Below are positions 7,415 to 17,623 of a DNA stretch of 64,000 bases, in pieces. The DNA is taken from the sequence record SRR22947725_330. One strand, given 5' to 3'. The notes under the pieces are model-generated. The model ran no database searches and was not told the DNA's origin. It was given only the letters and a program-made list of their open reading frames with translations. A program made the position numbers and the translations under genes. Numbering within the stretch: position 1 is the first letter of the stretch; every line of letters begins with the position of its first letter.

Positions 7415-9211
7415 ATGGCGGATGCTGAACCCAGAATTCGCGCCAAGAGTCGTTGGGGGCTGCTGACAGCCACGTTGTCAGAGCAGCGACGCAACCTGAT
7501 CATCGGCACCGTCATCGGATTGGCGTGGATGGCAGGCAAGGTCGCCGTGCCGCGACTCGTCGGGCTCGGCATCGACCGGGGCATCGAAGGCGACGACAAC
7601 GTCTGGATGTGGGCCGGGTTCATCGCCTGCGCAGGAGTCATCGTCGGGTTCTTCACCGCCTTCCGACGGTTCTACGCGTTTCGCGAGGCGCGCTGGACCG
7701 AGACGAGGTTACGCGAGCGGCTTTTCGGCCACATCATGTCGCTCCACGTCGGATATCACGACCGAGCCCAGACCGGCCAGCTGATGAGCCGCTCGTCGAG
7801 CGACCTGCAGCAGATTCAGCAGTTCGTTGTGATGATTCCAATCACCGCGTCGAACCTGGCGATGATCCTGGTGGTCACCGTGATCCTGGTCATCACCAAC
7901 CCATTCCTCGCTCTGGTGGCCCTTGCCCCGCTGCCGTTCGTCAACTGGGCCGGTCGACGCTTCTCCCACTCCATCCACCCTGCTGTACAGGCTGTGCAAG
8001 CCGAGCAGGCCGAACTCGCCACTGTCGTCGAGGAGTCAATCGGCGGCATTCGCGTCGTCAAGGGCTTTGGTGCGGAGCAGGTGCAGGCGGACAAGCTGAG
8101 CAAGGAAGCAGACGACATCCGTCGGGTGTCGATTGAGGCAGCGCGCATTCGGGCGAAGTTTCTGCCGGCGATCGAGCTCCTGCCGCAGATCGGCCTCATC
8201 GCCGTGCTCGGCGTGGGTGGCATGCAGGTCATCGACGGTGACCTCACGCTTGGTCAACTCGTGCAGTTCAACTTCTACGTTGCGCTCCTCGTGGCGCCCT
8301 TACGCATGCTGGGCATGGCCATTGCCTGGGGCCAACGCGCGGCTGCAGCGATCGAACGGGTCAACGAGGTGCTCGACACCGTGCCCATCGTGAGCGACGC
8401 CACCGATCCAACGACGCTTCCAACCGGCACGGGCCTCGGCGCTGTCAGCTTCGGCAATCTTGACTTCGGATATGCACCGGAACTCCCCGTGCTCACCGAC
8501 TTCGAGCTGGAGCTGGAGGCAGGCCAATCGATTGCCCTGGTGGGAGGCACTGGATCCGGCAAGTCAACGGTCGCCCGTCTGCTCATCCGGTTCTACGACG
8601 TCGACGCCGGGTCGATCCAGATCGACGGCGTCGATATCCGCGACCTCACGTTGCACGAGCTACGTCAAGCTGTCGGCATTGTCTTCGAAGACACACTGCT
8701 GTTCCATGATTCGGTGAGCGCCAACATTGCGTTCGCCCACCCCGATACCGACCAGGCAGCGGTCGAGAGCGCCGCTCGCTTGGCTGGAGCACACGACTTC
8801 ATCATGGGGCTGCCTGACGCATACGACACTCGGTTGGGTGAGCGCGGTTACTCGCTGTCCGGCGGCCAGCGCCAGCGCATTGCCATCGCCCGGGCTATCT
8901 TGGCCGACCCGCGAGTGTTGGTGCTCGACGACGCAACCTCTGCTGTCGACCCGTCAAAGGAGCACGAGATTCGATCCGCGATGTCGACGGTGATGGATGG
9001 TCGCACGACCATCGTCATTGCGCACCGGCCGGGGACCATCGCCCTGGCAGATCGGGTCGCGCTACTCGACGGGGGTCGCGTCGCAGCGATTGGTACCCAT
9101 GACGAGCTGCTCGCCACCGACCAGCGCTACCGCGACGTGCTCGCCGCTATGGATCGGCCTGACGATGCGTCTGTGCCCGCAGGTAGCGCGCCTGACGGAG
9201 GCGCGGACTGA
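7415..9211 (+). CDS. ABC exporter, fused TMD-NBD (heterodimer subunit 1)
   Basis: GGTGSGKST, LSGGQRQR and LVLDD (degenerate Walker B). Confidence 0.93.
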   Translation: MADAEPRIRAKSRWGLLTATLSEQRRNLIIGTVIGLAWMAGKVAVPRLVGLGIDRGIEGDDNVWMWAGFIACAGVIVGFFTAFRRFYAFREARWTETRLRERLFGHIMSLHVGYHDRAQTGQLMSRSSSDLQQIQQFVVMIPITASNLAMILVVTVILVITNPFLALVALAPLPFVNWAGRRFSHSIHPAVQAVQAEQAELATVVEESIGGIRVVKGFGAEQVQADKLSKEADDIRRVSIEAARIRAKFLPAIELLPQIGLIAVLGVGGMQVIDGDLTLGQLVQFNFYVALLVAPLRMLGMAIAWGQRAAAAIERVNEVLDTVPIVSDATDPTTLPTGTGLGAVSFGNLDFGYAPELPVLTDFELELEAGQSIALVGGTGSGKSTVARLLIRFYDVDAGSIQIDGVDIRDLTLHELRQAVGIVFEDTLLFHDSVSANIAFAHPDTDQAAVESAARLAGAHDFIMGLPDAYDTRLGERGYSLSGGQRQRIAIARAILADPRVLVLDDATSAVDPSKEHEIRSAMSTVMDGRTTIVIAHRPGTIALADRVALLDGGRVAAIGTHDELLATDQRYRDVLAAMDRPDDASVPAGSAPDGGAD

Positions 9212-10989
9212 TGTGGGCGATGAACGCAATCGACGAAGACGATCGTCTGGACACTGACGAGGCTCGGCAAGTCATTCGTCGCGCGGCTCGAATGGCCGCT
9301 CCGTTCAAACGGACCGTGATGGCGGCGATCGGATTCTCCTCGATCACCACGCTCGGGCTGCTGCTCGGTCCGGTGATCGTCAAGTACGGCATCGACAGTG
9401 GTATTCGACAGCTCGACCGCGGCGTCGTTCGCAATGCCGTCATCATGTATATCTGCGTCGTCGCGGCCGCGTATCTTGCATCGCGCCAGCAGTACGTGTT
9501 CATCAACCGGGCTGGCGAAGGATTCCTCAGACTGCTGCGCGTGCGCGTGTTTGGACACATGCAGAAACAGTCGTTGGCCTTTTTCGATCGGAACAAATCC
9601 GGCGTGCTCGTTGCCCGAATGACTGCAGACATCGAGTCGATGGCCGAGCTGGTGCAGTGGGGCCTCCTGCAGTTTGTCGGTGCCGGGCTCCTCGTGACGT
9701 TCTCCTTCATCTTGCTCCTGGTGTTGAGCTGGCAGTTGACCATCGTCGCGCTCCTCGTCTTTCCCGTCCTGGTCATCGCGGCGCGCAAGTTCCAGCGCGA
9801 CTCGAATGCCGCGTATCTCGATGTCCGTGAACAGGTCGGTCAGAACTTGTCGACCCTGCAAGAGGGCATCGCCGGTGTCCGTGTCATCCAGGCATACGCC
9901 AGGGAGCCGGAGCAGGTCCGACGCTTCGAAACGTCGAACCGCGGCTTGTACCAGTCGCACATCCACAGCCTGCGGGTATCAACCTGGTTCTTCGGACTCG
10001 TCGAAGCAGCAGGCATCATCGCCTCTGCCTTGGCAATCGGCATTGGAGGGTGGCTCGTCAACCGCGGTGACGTCAGCATCGGCACGGTGATCGCGGTCGT
10101 GTTGCTGCTCGCACAACTCTTCGAGCCGGTCCAGCAGCTCAGTCAGCTTTACAACACGGTGCAATCGTCGGCGGCATCGCTCAGCAAGCTCTTCGGGATC
10201 CTGGACACCACGCCAGACCTCCTGGATGGCGAACAGGTGCTCCCGGCCGCTGGGGCCGTCACCGTCACCGGAGTCGGTTTCCGTTACCCCGAAACCGAAG
10301 GGAAGGTCCTCAACGACGTGTCGATCAGCGTTGCAGATGGCGAACGATTAGCGGTAGTCGGCTCCACGGGGTCTGGCAAGTCGACCCTCGCGAAGCTGAT
10401 GGCCCGCCTATACGACCCGACCGACGGCACGATCACGTTCGGCGGCGTCGATCTGCGCGACGCCACGCTCGCATCACTGCGCGACCGGGTGGTCGTCGTG
10501 CCCCAGGAGGGCTACCTGTTCGGCGGCACGATCGCAGACAACGTCCGCGTCGCGCGCGCCGCGGCCACCGACGCGGAGGTGAGCAAGGCACTTGCAGCGA
10601 TCGGTGCCCTCGACCGGTTCGAGCAGTTCGAAGATGGCATCCACACCGAGGTGCGGGAGCGCGGCTCACGACTGTCGGCAGGGGAGCGGCAGCTGGTCTC
10701 CTTGGCACGCGCAGCGTTGGTCGACCCGGCGATGCTGGTGCTCGACGAGGCGACCAGCAACCTCGATCCTGGCACCGAAGCTGTAGTTGAGCAGGCCCTC
10801 GAATCGCTGATGAACGGGCGGACCACGATCGCGGTCGCTCACCGGTTGTCGACCATTCAACGCGCCGATCGAATTGCGGTCATCGACGCTGGGGAACTCG
10901 TCGAGCTCGGCTCACACGACGAACTCCTTGCCCTCGACGGCCGATACACGAAACTTGCCACCGCCTGGGCCAGCAGCCAGCCGTCATAA
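9211..10989 (+). CDS. ABC exporter, fused TMD-NBD (heterodimer subunit 2)
   Basis: GSTGSGKST, LSAGERQ, LVLDEATS; TGATG coupling to the previous gene. Confidence 0.93.
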   Translation: MWAMNAIDEDDRLDTDEARQVIRRAARMAAPFKRTVMAAIGFSSITTLGLLLGPVIVKYGIDSGIRQLDRGVVRNAVIMYICVVAAAYLASRQQYVFINRAGEGFLRLLRVRVFGHMQKQSLAFFDRNKSGVLVARMTADIESMAELVQWGLLQFVGAGLLVTFSFILLLVLSWQLTIVALLVFPVLVIAARKFQRDSNAAYLDVREQVGQNLSTLQEGIAGVRVIQAYAREPEQVRRFETSNRGLYQSHIHSLRVSTWFFGLVEAAGIIASALAIGIGGWLVNRGDVSIGTVIAVVLLLAQLFEPVQQLSQLYNTVQSSAASLSKLFGILDTTPDLLDGEQVLPAAGAVTVTGVGFRYPETEGKVLNDVSISVADGERLAVVGSTGSGKSTLAKLMARLYDPTDGTITFGGVDLRDATLASLRDRVVVVPQEGYLFGGTIADNVRVARAAATDAEVSKALAAIGALDRFEQFEDGIHTEVRERGSRLSAGERQLVSLARAALVDPAMLVLDEATSNLDPGTEAVVEQALESLMNGRTTIAVAHRLSTIQRADRIAVIDAGELVELGSHDELLALDGRYTKLATAWASSQPS

Positions 10990-11054
10990 CCGGGGATACT
11001 CGATTGGAGAGTGACCGAACCAGACGGGTACCAAGCCAGATGTGCCGAACGGCG

Positions 11055-11074
11055 CGCCGATGGTCGAATCGGCG
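11055..11074. terminator. Hairpin between convergent operons
   Basis: CGCCGAT-N6-ATCGGCG; no U-tract. Confidence 0.35.
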
Positions 11075-11084
11075 AGTGATGCGG

Positions 11085-11864
11085 TTAGAGGATCTGGCTG
11101 AGGAAGAGCTTCGTGCGCTCTTCCTGTGGGTTATCGAAGAAGTGTTCGGGTGTCCCGACTTCGACGATCTGACCATCGGCCATGAACACGACACGGTCTG
11201 CCACCTCGCGGGCAAAGCCCATTTCGTGAGTGACACAGATCATGGTCATGCCCTCGACGGCGAGATCCTTCATCGTGTCGAGTACTTCTTTGATCATTTC
11301 GGGATCGAGTGCCGATGTCGGTTCATCGAACAGGATGACCTTTGGCTTCATCGCCAGCGACCGGGCAATCGCTACTCGCTGTTGCTGGCCACCTGAGAGT
11401 TGGCCGGGGTACTTGCGGGCCTGCTCAGGGATCTTGACCCTCTCAAGGAGTTCCATCGCGCTCTCCTCCGCCTCGCGCTTGGGCATGTTGCGGACCTGCC
11501 TGGGTGCCAATGTGATGTTGTCGATCACGGTCAGGTGAGGGAAGAGATTGAAGCTTTGGAAGACCATTCCGGTCTCGCGTCGAATCTCTTGGATATTGCG
11601 AATGTCGTCGGACAGTTCGATGCCATCGACGGAGATACGGCCTCGGTCGTGACGTTCGAGCCGGTTGATGCAGCGGATCAAGGTCGACTTACCCGAACCC
11701 GACGGTCCGATGATGACGACGACTTCTTGTGAGCCGACTCGCATGTTGATGTTCGTCAGCGCTTGAAAGTCGCCGAACAGCTTGTCGACATCTTCGACCT
11801 CGATGATGGCTTCGCCGCCGCCGAGGATCTGCGTGGCATCGGCGTTGATGGTGGTATCGCTCAC
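11085..11864 (-). CDS. Amino acid ABC transporter ATP-binding protein (AapP/GlnQ-like)
   Basis: [31 protein letters not shown] start after AAGGGAG. Confidence 0.93.
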   Translation of the reverse strand: MSDTTINADATQILGGGEAIIEVEDVDKLFGDFQALTNINMRVGSQEVVVIIGPSGSGKSTLIRCINRLERHDRGRISVDGIELSDDIRNIQEIRRETGMVFQSFNLFPHLTVIDNITLAPRQVRNMPKREAEESAMELLERVKIPEQARKYPGQLSGGQQQRVAIARSLAMKPKVILFDEPTSALDPEMIKEVLDTMKDLAVEGMTMICVTHEMGFAREVADRVVFMADGQIVEVGTPEHFFDNPQEERTKLFLSQIL

Positions 11865-11907
11865 AGGCGACTCCCTTCGTTCTGCGTGGCTTCGCTGCCG
11901 GCGTTGA

Positions 11908-13359
11908 TCATCGTGTCCCCACTCCCAGTCGGGTTTCGAGCCGGCGGCTCTCCTTCGACATCGTGTACGCGAACGCCCAGTACCCAACGGCGACGAATGC
12001 GTAGGTGACTGGTTGGAGACCCTTACCCAGAAACTCCTGCTGCGTGTTGGCGATGGTGGCGATCTGGAGGAACTCGGCCACACCGATGATGGCGAGCAGC
12101 GAGGTGTCCTTGAACAGTGAGATGAACTGCCCGACCATCGCTGGGATGACCGCTCGGAGCGCCTGTGGCATCACGATCAGACGCTGAATCTTGCCGGCCG
12201 ACAGCCCCTGGGCCTGGGCGGCTTCGGTTTGGCCCTTCGGCACTGCTTGCAGGCCGCCACGGACAATCTCGGCGATGTACGCCGCCGAGAACAGTGTGAT
12301 GACGATCATCGCTCGAGTGGTGCCGTCGGGGATCGTCGCAGCGGGCGGGAACAACAGCGGCAGCATGAAGCCCGAGAAGAACAGCAGGGAGATCAACGGC
12401 ACACCACGAACGAACTCGATGAACGTGACGCAGAAGCCCTTGATGATGGGTAGCTGTGAACGACGGCCGATGGCGAGCAGAATGCCCAGCGGCATGCCAG
12501 TCGAGATGCCGGCCACCGTCACGAACAAGGTGAGGTAGAGCCCGCCCCAGTCCTTCCAGCCATAGCCGAAGCTGTCGATCGTTGACATGACGAACCAGAC
12601 GACCGCGCCACCGAGCAGCGGCAGGGCCAACGCCGCCACCGTGCCGGTCGCCGACGTCCGATCAATGCTGTCACCGATTGCCGTCGCAAGGATCAGCGCA
12701 CCGACCAAACCCCCCAAGAGTGCGACGAGTCCGCCGGAGCCAGCGACGATCGTGGACAGTGCCACGAGGCCGACACCGATGATGTGTGGTGAGAAGCGAC
12801 GAATGCCGCTCGGGAGCTGCCATCCGATCAGGCGTCCCGCAACGAACAGGCCGAGGCCGGCGAGGACGCCGAGTGTCGGCTGGATTGTCCGAGTGAAGGT
12901 CAACACGAGGAAGATGAATGCGAGGATCGGCCAGAAGCGACGCAGCAGCGCCGTCCAGGTCGGTCGCTCTGCGGGCAAGCCCTTCTCGGTGGCGTCGTCG
13001 AATGAAGTTCGGGCCATACCGGCCGAACCCAAACCGACGGCGGCGACGAGCGTGAGTCCGCCCGCCCAGGGTCGCCACAACTCGTCCTTCGGGAACTGCC
13101 CGATCATGAAGTTGCGGAGGTTCGCCCGCACGATCTCCCATTCGACGTTGATTGCCCACCGAATGCCGAAGTACAGGATCGCGCCGGCGAATGCGGCCGA
13201 CACGAAGGTGATCGCAGTGTTGAGCACGGAGCTGAAGAGATTGTTCTTGACCCACTGGCTGGGGGTCTGATCGGAATGCAGCGGACGATCGGCAGCGAGC
13301 GCTTGTGCGATTTCAGCTCCGAGATATGCCGTTTCGGCTGTGGATTCACTCGAGACCAT
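11908..13359 (-). CDS. Amino acid ABC transporter permease (AapM-like)
   Basis: [29 protein letters not shown]. Confidence 0.92.
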   Translation of the reverse strand: MVSSESTAETAYLGAEIAQALAADRPLHSDQTPSQWVKNNLFSSVLNTAITFVSAAFAGAILYFGIRWAINVEWEIVRANLRNFMIGQFPKDELWRPWAGGLTLVAAVGLGSAGMARTSFDDATEKGLPAERPTWTALLRRFWPILAFIFLVLTFTRTIQPTLGVLAGLGLFVAGRLIGWQLPSGIRRFSPHIIGVGLVALSTIVAGSGGLVALLGGLVGALILATAIGDSIDRTSATGTVAALALPLLGGAVVWFVMSTIDSFGYGWKDWGGLYLTLFVTVAGISTGMPLGILLAIGRRSQLPIIKGFCVTFIEFVRGVPLISLLFFSGFMLPLLFPPAATIPDGTTRAMIVITLFSAAYIAEIVRGGLQAVPKGQTEAAQAQGLSAGKIQRLIVMPQALRAVIPAMVGQFISLFKDTSLLAIIGVAEFLQIATIANTQQEFLGKGLQPVTYAFVAVGYWAFAYTMSKESRRLETRLGVGTR

Positions 13360-13362
13360 GAC

Positions 13363-14652
13363 TTACCGCCCGACGATCTGGAGTCGACGGTTGATGAGGT
13401 TGCCGATCGCCGACAGGATCAGCGAGAAGGCCAGGTAGATCAGCATGAGAATCAGCAAGAGCTGCGGCGCCGGGCGCGACTGGCCGAAGAGGTTCTGGAT
13501 GACGCCGGTCGTCTCAGCAAAGCCGACGGCGATGGCCAGCGATGTGTTCTTGGTGTAGTTGAGGAACTGATTGATCAGCGGCGGGAATGCCACCCGGAAG
13601 GCCTGGGGCAGTACGACGAAGCGGTAGCGCTGGAATCCGGACAGTGCCAGCGCGTTGCCTGCTTCGACTTGGCCCTTGGGGACTGACATGATCGATCCGC
13701 GGACGATCTCAGCGATGTGCGACGCCGTGTACAACACGAGGCCGAACATGACAGCGACATATGGCATTTGCATCTTGACGCCGCCTGATGCGATGCGCTG
13801 TTCGATCATGGGTCGAGAGATGGAGAAGGGGCCGCCCAGGACGAAGTAGCCGATGACGCTGATGACGAGCAGCGTCGCGAACGACCACAGCACTCGACGG
13901 TGGGGCGTTCCGGTGGCGTCGAAGTTGCGTGTGCGCCAAACCCACACCGCAACCGCAGCGACCACACCGACGAGAAAAACGACCTGGAAAGCACCGAAGT
14001 TCTCGCCACCGCCGATCGACGGGAAGGCAAATCGCTTGTTGTTGAAGATGAAGAGACCTTCGAGAGAAGGGGGGCCGCTGTCGGCTGCAGTCGAACTGCC
14101 GCGGATCAGCCACGAATCCTGCTCGCGAGGGAACCCGAGCAGCAAGGCCTGCCACGTGAAGACGATGACGAGCAGTGTCGGAATGTTGCGGAAGAACTCG
14201 ACGTAGACCGTGGCGATTTTGGTGAGCAGCCAGTTTGTCGACAGCCGGGCGATGCCGATCAACGTCCCGAGCAGGACGGCCAATGGGATGCCGACGATGA
14301 AGATCAGGAAGGTGTTCTTGACACCTGCGATGAGAGCATTCTGAATTGACGAGTTGGGGTCGAGTGGGCTGTCAGCAATCGAGATGCCACTCGGTTGATC
14401 GAGAAAGTCGAAGTTGAGTTCGAGGCCGATCTCGTCGGTGCGAGCACGGAAGTTGGCCCACAGGTAGTCACCGACCGACAAGATGACGCCAAGCGCAGCG
14501 ACCTGTGCCGCGATGACGAGGACTTTGGTGTCGCGCCACGGTGGTGGACCGCCGGCGCTGCCCTTCGCGGATCGGCGCGCAGACCAGACGGCGATGTAGA
14601 TCCCGGCGAGGATCGCCAGGATCAGGATGAGTCGGAGTAGCCGTTCGAGCAT
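13363..14652 (-). CDS. Amino acid ABC transporter permease (AapQ-like)
   Basis: YVEFFRNIP, IAEIVRG, KNTSLA. Confidence 0.92.
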   Translation of the reverse strand: MLERLLRLILILAILAGIYIAVWSARRSAKGSAGGPPPWRDTKVLVIAAQVAALGVILSVGDYLWANFRARTDEIGLELNFDFLDQPSGISIADSPLDPNSSIQNALIAGVKNTFLIFIVGIPLAVLLGTLIGIARLSTNWLLTKIATVYVEFFRNIPTLLVIVFTWQALLLGFPREQDSWLIRGSSTAADSGPPSLEGLFIFNNKRFAFPSIGGGENFGAFQVVFLVGVVAAVAVWVWRTRNFDATGTPHRRVLWSFATLLVISVIGYFVLGGPFSISRPMIEQRIASGGVKMQMPYVAVMFGLVLYTASHIAEIVRGSIMSVPKGQVEAGNALALSGFQRYRFVVLPQAFRVAFPPLINQFLNYTKNTSLAIAVGFAETTGVIQNLFGQSRPAPQLLLILMLIYLAFSLILSAIGNLINRRLQIVGR

Positions 14653-14662
14653 AAGACCAGAC

Positions 14663-14702
14663 GAGGGGTCGGTCGCCGCAGTTCTGCGGCAACAGACCCC
14701 TC
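14663..14702 (-). terminator. Intra-operon stem-loop after the substrate-binding gene (mRNA stabiliser or partial terminator)
   Basis: GAGGGGTC..GCCGCAG-TT-CTGCGGC..GACCCCTC. Confidence 0.55.
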
Positions 14703-14719
14703 AGTTCGGAACTATCTGA

Positions 14720-15877
14720 TCAGCGGAACGGAGGCACGTACATGAGCCCGCCTTCGGTCCACAAGGCGTTGGGTCCACGCTCGAGACCGAGGGGCGCCAG
14801 GTTGCGCTCGAAGATCTCGCCGTAGTTGCCGACCTGGCTGATGATGTTGGTGGCGAAGTCGGTGGGCAGACCCAAGCCGACTTCTGCGACGACCGAGTTG
14901 CCGTCGTCGTCTTCGATCGGCAGCCCGAGGAAGCGGCGAATGCCGGAATCCTCGCTGTCGGCGAAGCTGTCGATGTTGGCGGAGGTGATGCCGAATTCCT
15001 CAGCCTGGATCGTGGCCATGACTGCCCAGTTGACGACCTGGGCCCACTCGGTGTCACCATCAGCAACGACGGGGCCGAGCGGCTCCTTCGAGATGATGTC
15101 GGGGAGCACCGTCGTGTCAATGTCGAGCGTTGCTGCAAACGAAGCGAGTTGCGAGGCGTCGGAGGTCCACACTTCGCACTGCTCGGCCACGAAGGCGGGC
15201 TGCAGTTCGTCGTTCGACTCGAACTCGAGCGGGGTGAACGGGATGCCCCGGTCGCCCAACACAGCGTTCAGGTTCAACAGTGTCGTCGTGCCTTGGAGCA
15301 CACAGATCGTGGTGTTGGCAGCGTCTTCGAGTGATGCAATGCCACTGTCGGACCGCACCATGAAGCCCTGACCATCGTAGAACGTGGTCCTCAGGAAGTT
15401 GGCCTGCTCGGCGCCGTCGCGCGATGCCGTCCAGGTGGTGTTGCGGATGAGCACGTCGATTTCGCCGGATTGCAGCGTTGGGAAACGCTGTGCCGCAACG
15501 AGCGGAGTGACGTTGATGGCCTCGGAATCGCCGAGCACTGCTGCGGCGATGACCTTGCAGAAGTCGATGTCGAAGCCGCTGAATGCGCCGTCGGAATCGA
15601 TGATACCGAAGCCCGGGAGCGTGTCGTTGCCGCCGCATTCGAGGGTGCCAGCAGCCTGAACGGCGGCGAGCGTGCCGCCTTCGGACTGGGTCGACTCGAC
15701 AACTTCGGTGTCAACCGGCTCTTCGACTGCCTCTTCGACTGCTTCTTCGACAGCGACGCTGTCGCCTGTGTTTGCGTCCGCGTCGCCATCGCTGCTCGAT
15801 GAGCAAGCAGTAGCGACGAGTCCGAGTGCCATGACGACACCCGCAGTGCGCTTCAGCGCATTCCCCCTACGAATCAT
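14720..15877 (-). CDS. General L-amino acid ABC substrate-binding lipoprotein (AapJ/BztA-like)
   Basis: Lipobox-like VATAC, RNTTWT..RD, ISKEPLGP, GNYGEIFERNL. Confidence 0.92.
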   Translation of the reverse strand: MIRRGNALKRTAGVVMALGLVATACSSSSDGDADANTGDSVAVEEAVEEAVEEPVDTEVVESTQSEGGTLAAVQAAGTLECGGNDTLPGFGIIDSDGAFSGFDIDFCKVIAAAVLGDSEAINVTPLVAAQRFPTLQSGEIDVLIRNTTWTASRDGAEQANFLRTTFYDGQGFMVRSDSGIASLEDAANTTICVLQGTTTLLNLNAVLGDRGIPFTPLEFESNDELQPAFVAEQCEVWTSDASQLASFAATLDIDTTVLPDIISKEPLGPVVADGDTEWAQVVNWAVMATIQAEEFGITSANIDSFADSEDSGIRRFLGLPIEDDDGNSVVAEVGLGLPTDFATNIISQVGNYGEIFERNLAPLGLERGPNALWTEGGLMYVPPFR

Positions 15878-16075
15878 GTGTTTCTCCTAAAGTTGGTCAG
15901 CTTTCACGCTGCCGGGTTGATGTGATGACGATGCTGCTTGACCGAAGTCCGACGCGGTCGAATACCATCGATTTTTGGGACGTTAACACGGAAAATCGGC
16001 CTGTTGTTACGCGTCCGAGTTCAGCGAGCCGTCTCTGGTCGGAAAAGTTTCCGATCGGTTGGGCAGACTGTGACA

Positions 16076-17575
16076 ATGTTCGATGCAAGCCAATCCGTTG
16101 TCAACGTCAATGTCACCGTGACCAAGTCCGTGCCAAAGGGGACGACTGCCGTGGCCTACGCGGTGGCGACCAAGGGCACTGTGGCGCGACAGCTCGGTGT
16201 CAACCGGGCAGGTCTCGCTGCGAACAACTTTGACGGCAAGGTCGGCCAGATGCTCGCCGTGCCGAACGGCGAGGGTGTGGCATATGCGGTTGGTGTCGGT
16301 GACCCCGACTCGATCGACCTCGCAGCGGTACGCACCGCTGCTGCCAATTTTGCCCGCGCTGCGAGCAAGCACACCCACCTTGCAATCAACCTTGCCGACC
16401 TCGGTCACCTTGACGCGAAGGCGGCTGGACGTGCTGTCGCCGTAGGCGCCCTGCTCGGCAGCTATCGGTACGTCGGCCTCAAGAATGACGAGAGCGGCGG
16501 GGCGAAGCTGACTGACCTGGCCCTGGTCGCTGGCGACAAGCGCAGCAAAGGCGTTCGGCAGGGCGCCGACGACGGTGTCGTCGTCGCGCGTGCAGCGGCA
16601 CTGGCCCGCGAGCTTGCGAACACCCCTCCCACGTACCTCAATGCCAAGGACATCGCGGTCAAGGCCGTTGAGATCGCGGCAGCAACCGGTCTCGATGTCG
16701 AAGTCTTCAACAAGGATCAGCTGACGCAGATGGGCTGCGGCGGCATGATTGGCGTCAATCAAGGCTCAACTGAGCCGCCGCGCATGGTCAAGCTGTCGTA
16801 CTCGCCGCGCAACCCGACCGGTCACCTCGCGATGGTCGGCAAAGGTGTGATGTACGACTCGGGCGGCATCAGCCTGAAACCCAGCAACCCTGACCACATT
16901 GCGATGAAGATGGATATGTCGGGCGCGGCAGCCGTGCTTTCAGCAATGTCGGCGCTCAAGGCGCTGAAATGCAAGGCCAAGGTCACCGCCTGGCTGATGT
17001 GTACCGACAACATGCCGTCGGGTAGCGCACTCAAACTGGGCGACGTGCTCACGATGCGCAACGGCAAGACCGTCGAGATCCACAACACAGATGCTGAGGG
17101 GCGCCTTGTGCTTGCCGATGGTCTGTCGCTCGCCGTGGAAGACAAGCCCGACGGCATTGTCGACATCGCCACCCTCACCGGCTCCGCGCTCCGGGCTCTC
17201 GGCACTGAGATCGCCTGCCTGCTTGGCACCAATCAAGACTTCGTCGAGCAGGTCAAGAACAGTTCCGCAGAAGTCGACGAACCGGTCTGGCAACTCCCCA
17301 TGGAGACAAGGCGCTATCGCAAGCTGCTTGACTCGGCCGTTGCTGACATGCGCAATATCGGAGGGCCGTACGCTGCCACGATCACGGCATCAATCTTCCT
17401 GACAGAGTTCACTGGCGATGTACCCTACGCCCACCTCGACATCGCCGGCCCGATGGAGAACCAGGCAGACAGTGGCGTCCAGGCCAAGGGCGCAAGCGGG
17501 TTCGGAACGCGCCTGCTGATCGATCTCGCCTGCAACTTCACTCCGCCGGCCGAAGGCGCCGCCCACACCGCCTAA
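16076..17575 (+). CDS. pepA: Leucyl aminopeptidase (M17)
   Basis: GKGVMYDSGG, MKMDMSG, NTDAEGRL, HLDIAG. Confidence 0.93.
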   Translation: MFDASQSVVNVNVTVTKSVPKGTTAVAYAVATKGTVARQLGVNRAGLAANNFDGKVGQMLAVPNGEGVAYAVGVGDPDSIDLAAVRTAAANFARAASKHTHLAINLADLGHLDAKAAGRAVAVGALLGSYRYVGLKNDESGGAKLTDLALVAGDKRSKGVRQGADDGVVVARAAALARELANTPPTYLNAKDIAVKAVEIAAATGLDVEVFNKDQLTQMGCGGMIGVNQGSTEPPRMVKLSYSPRNPTGHLAMVGKGVMYDSGGISLKPSNPDHIAMKMDMSGAAAVLSAMSALKALKCKAKVTAWLMCTDNMPSGSALKLGDVLTMRNGKTVEIHNTDAEGRLVLADGLSLAVEDKPDGIVDIATLTGSALRALGTEIACLLGTNQDFVEQVKNSSAEVDEPVWQLPMETRRYRKLLDSAVADMRNIGGPYAATITASIFLTEFTGDVPYAHLDIAGPMENQADSGVQAKGASGFGTRLLIDLACNFTPPAEGAAHTA

Positions 17576-17623
17576 GACCACTTGGTGCCTGGCACCATGT
17601 CGTCCATATCGTCTGTGTCGTCC

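Noticed and set aside
15980-16012. GlnR-like dyad upstream of the amino acid ABC operon
   Set aside because: GTTAAC/GTTAC half-sites are present, but the spacing does not fit gTnAc-N6-GaAAc.
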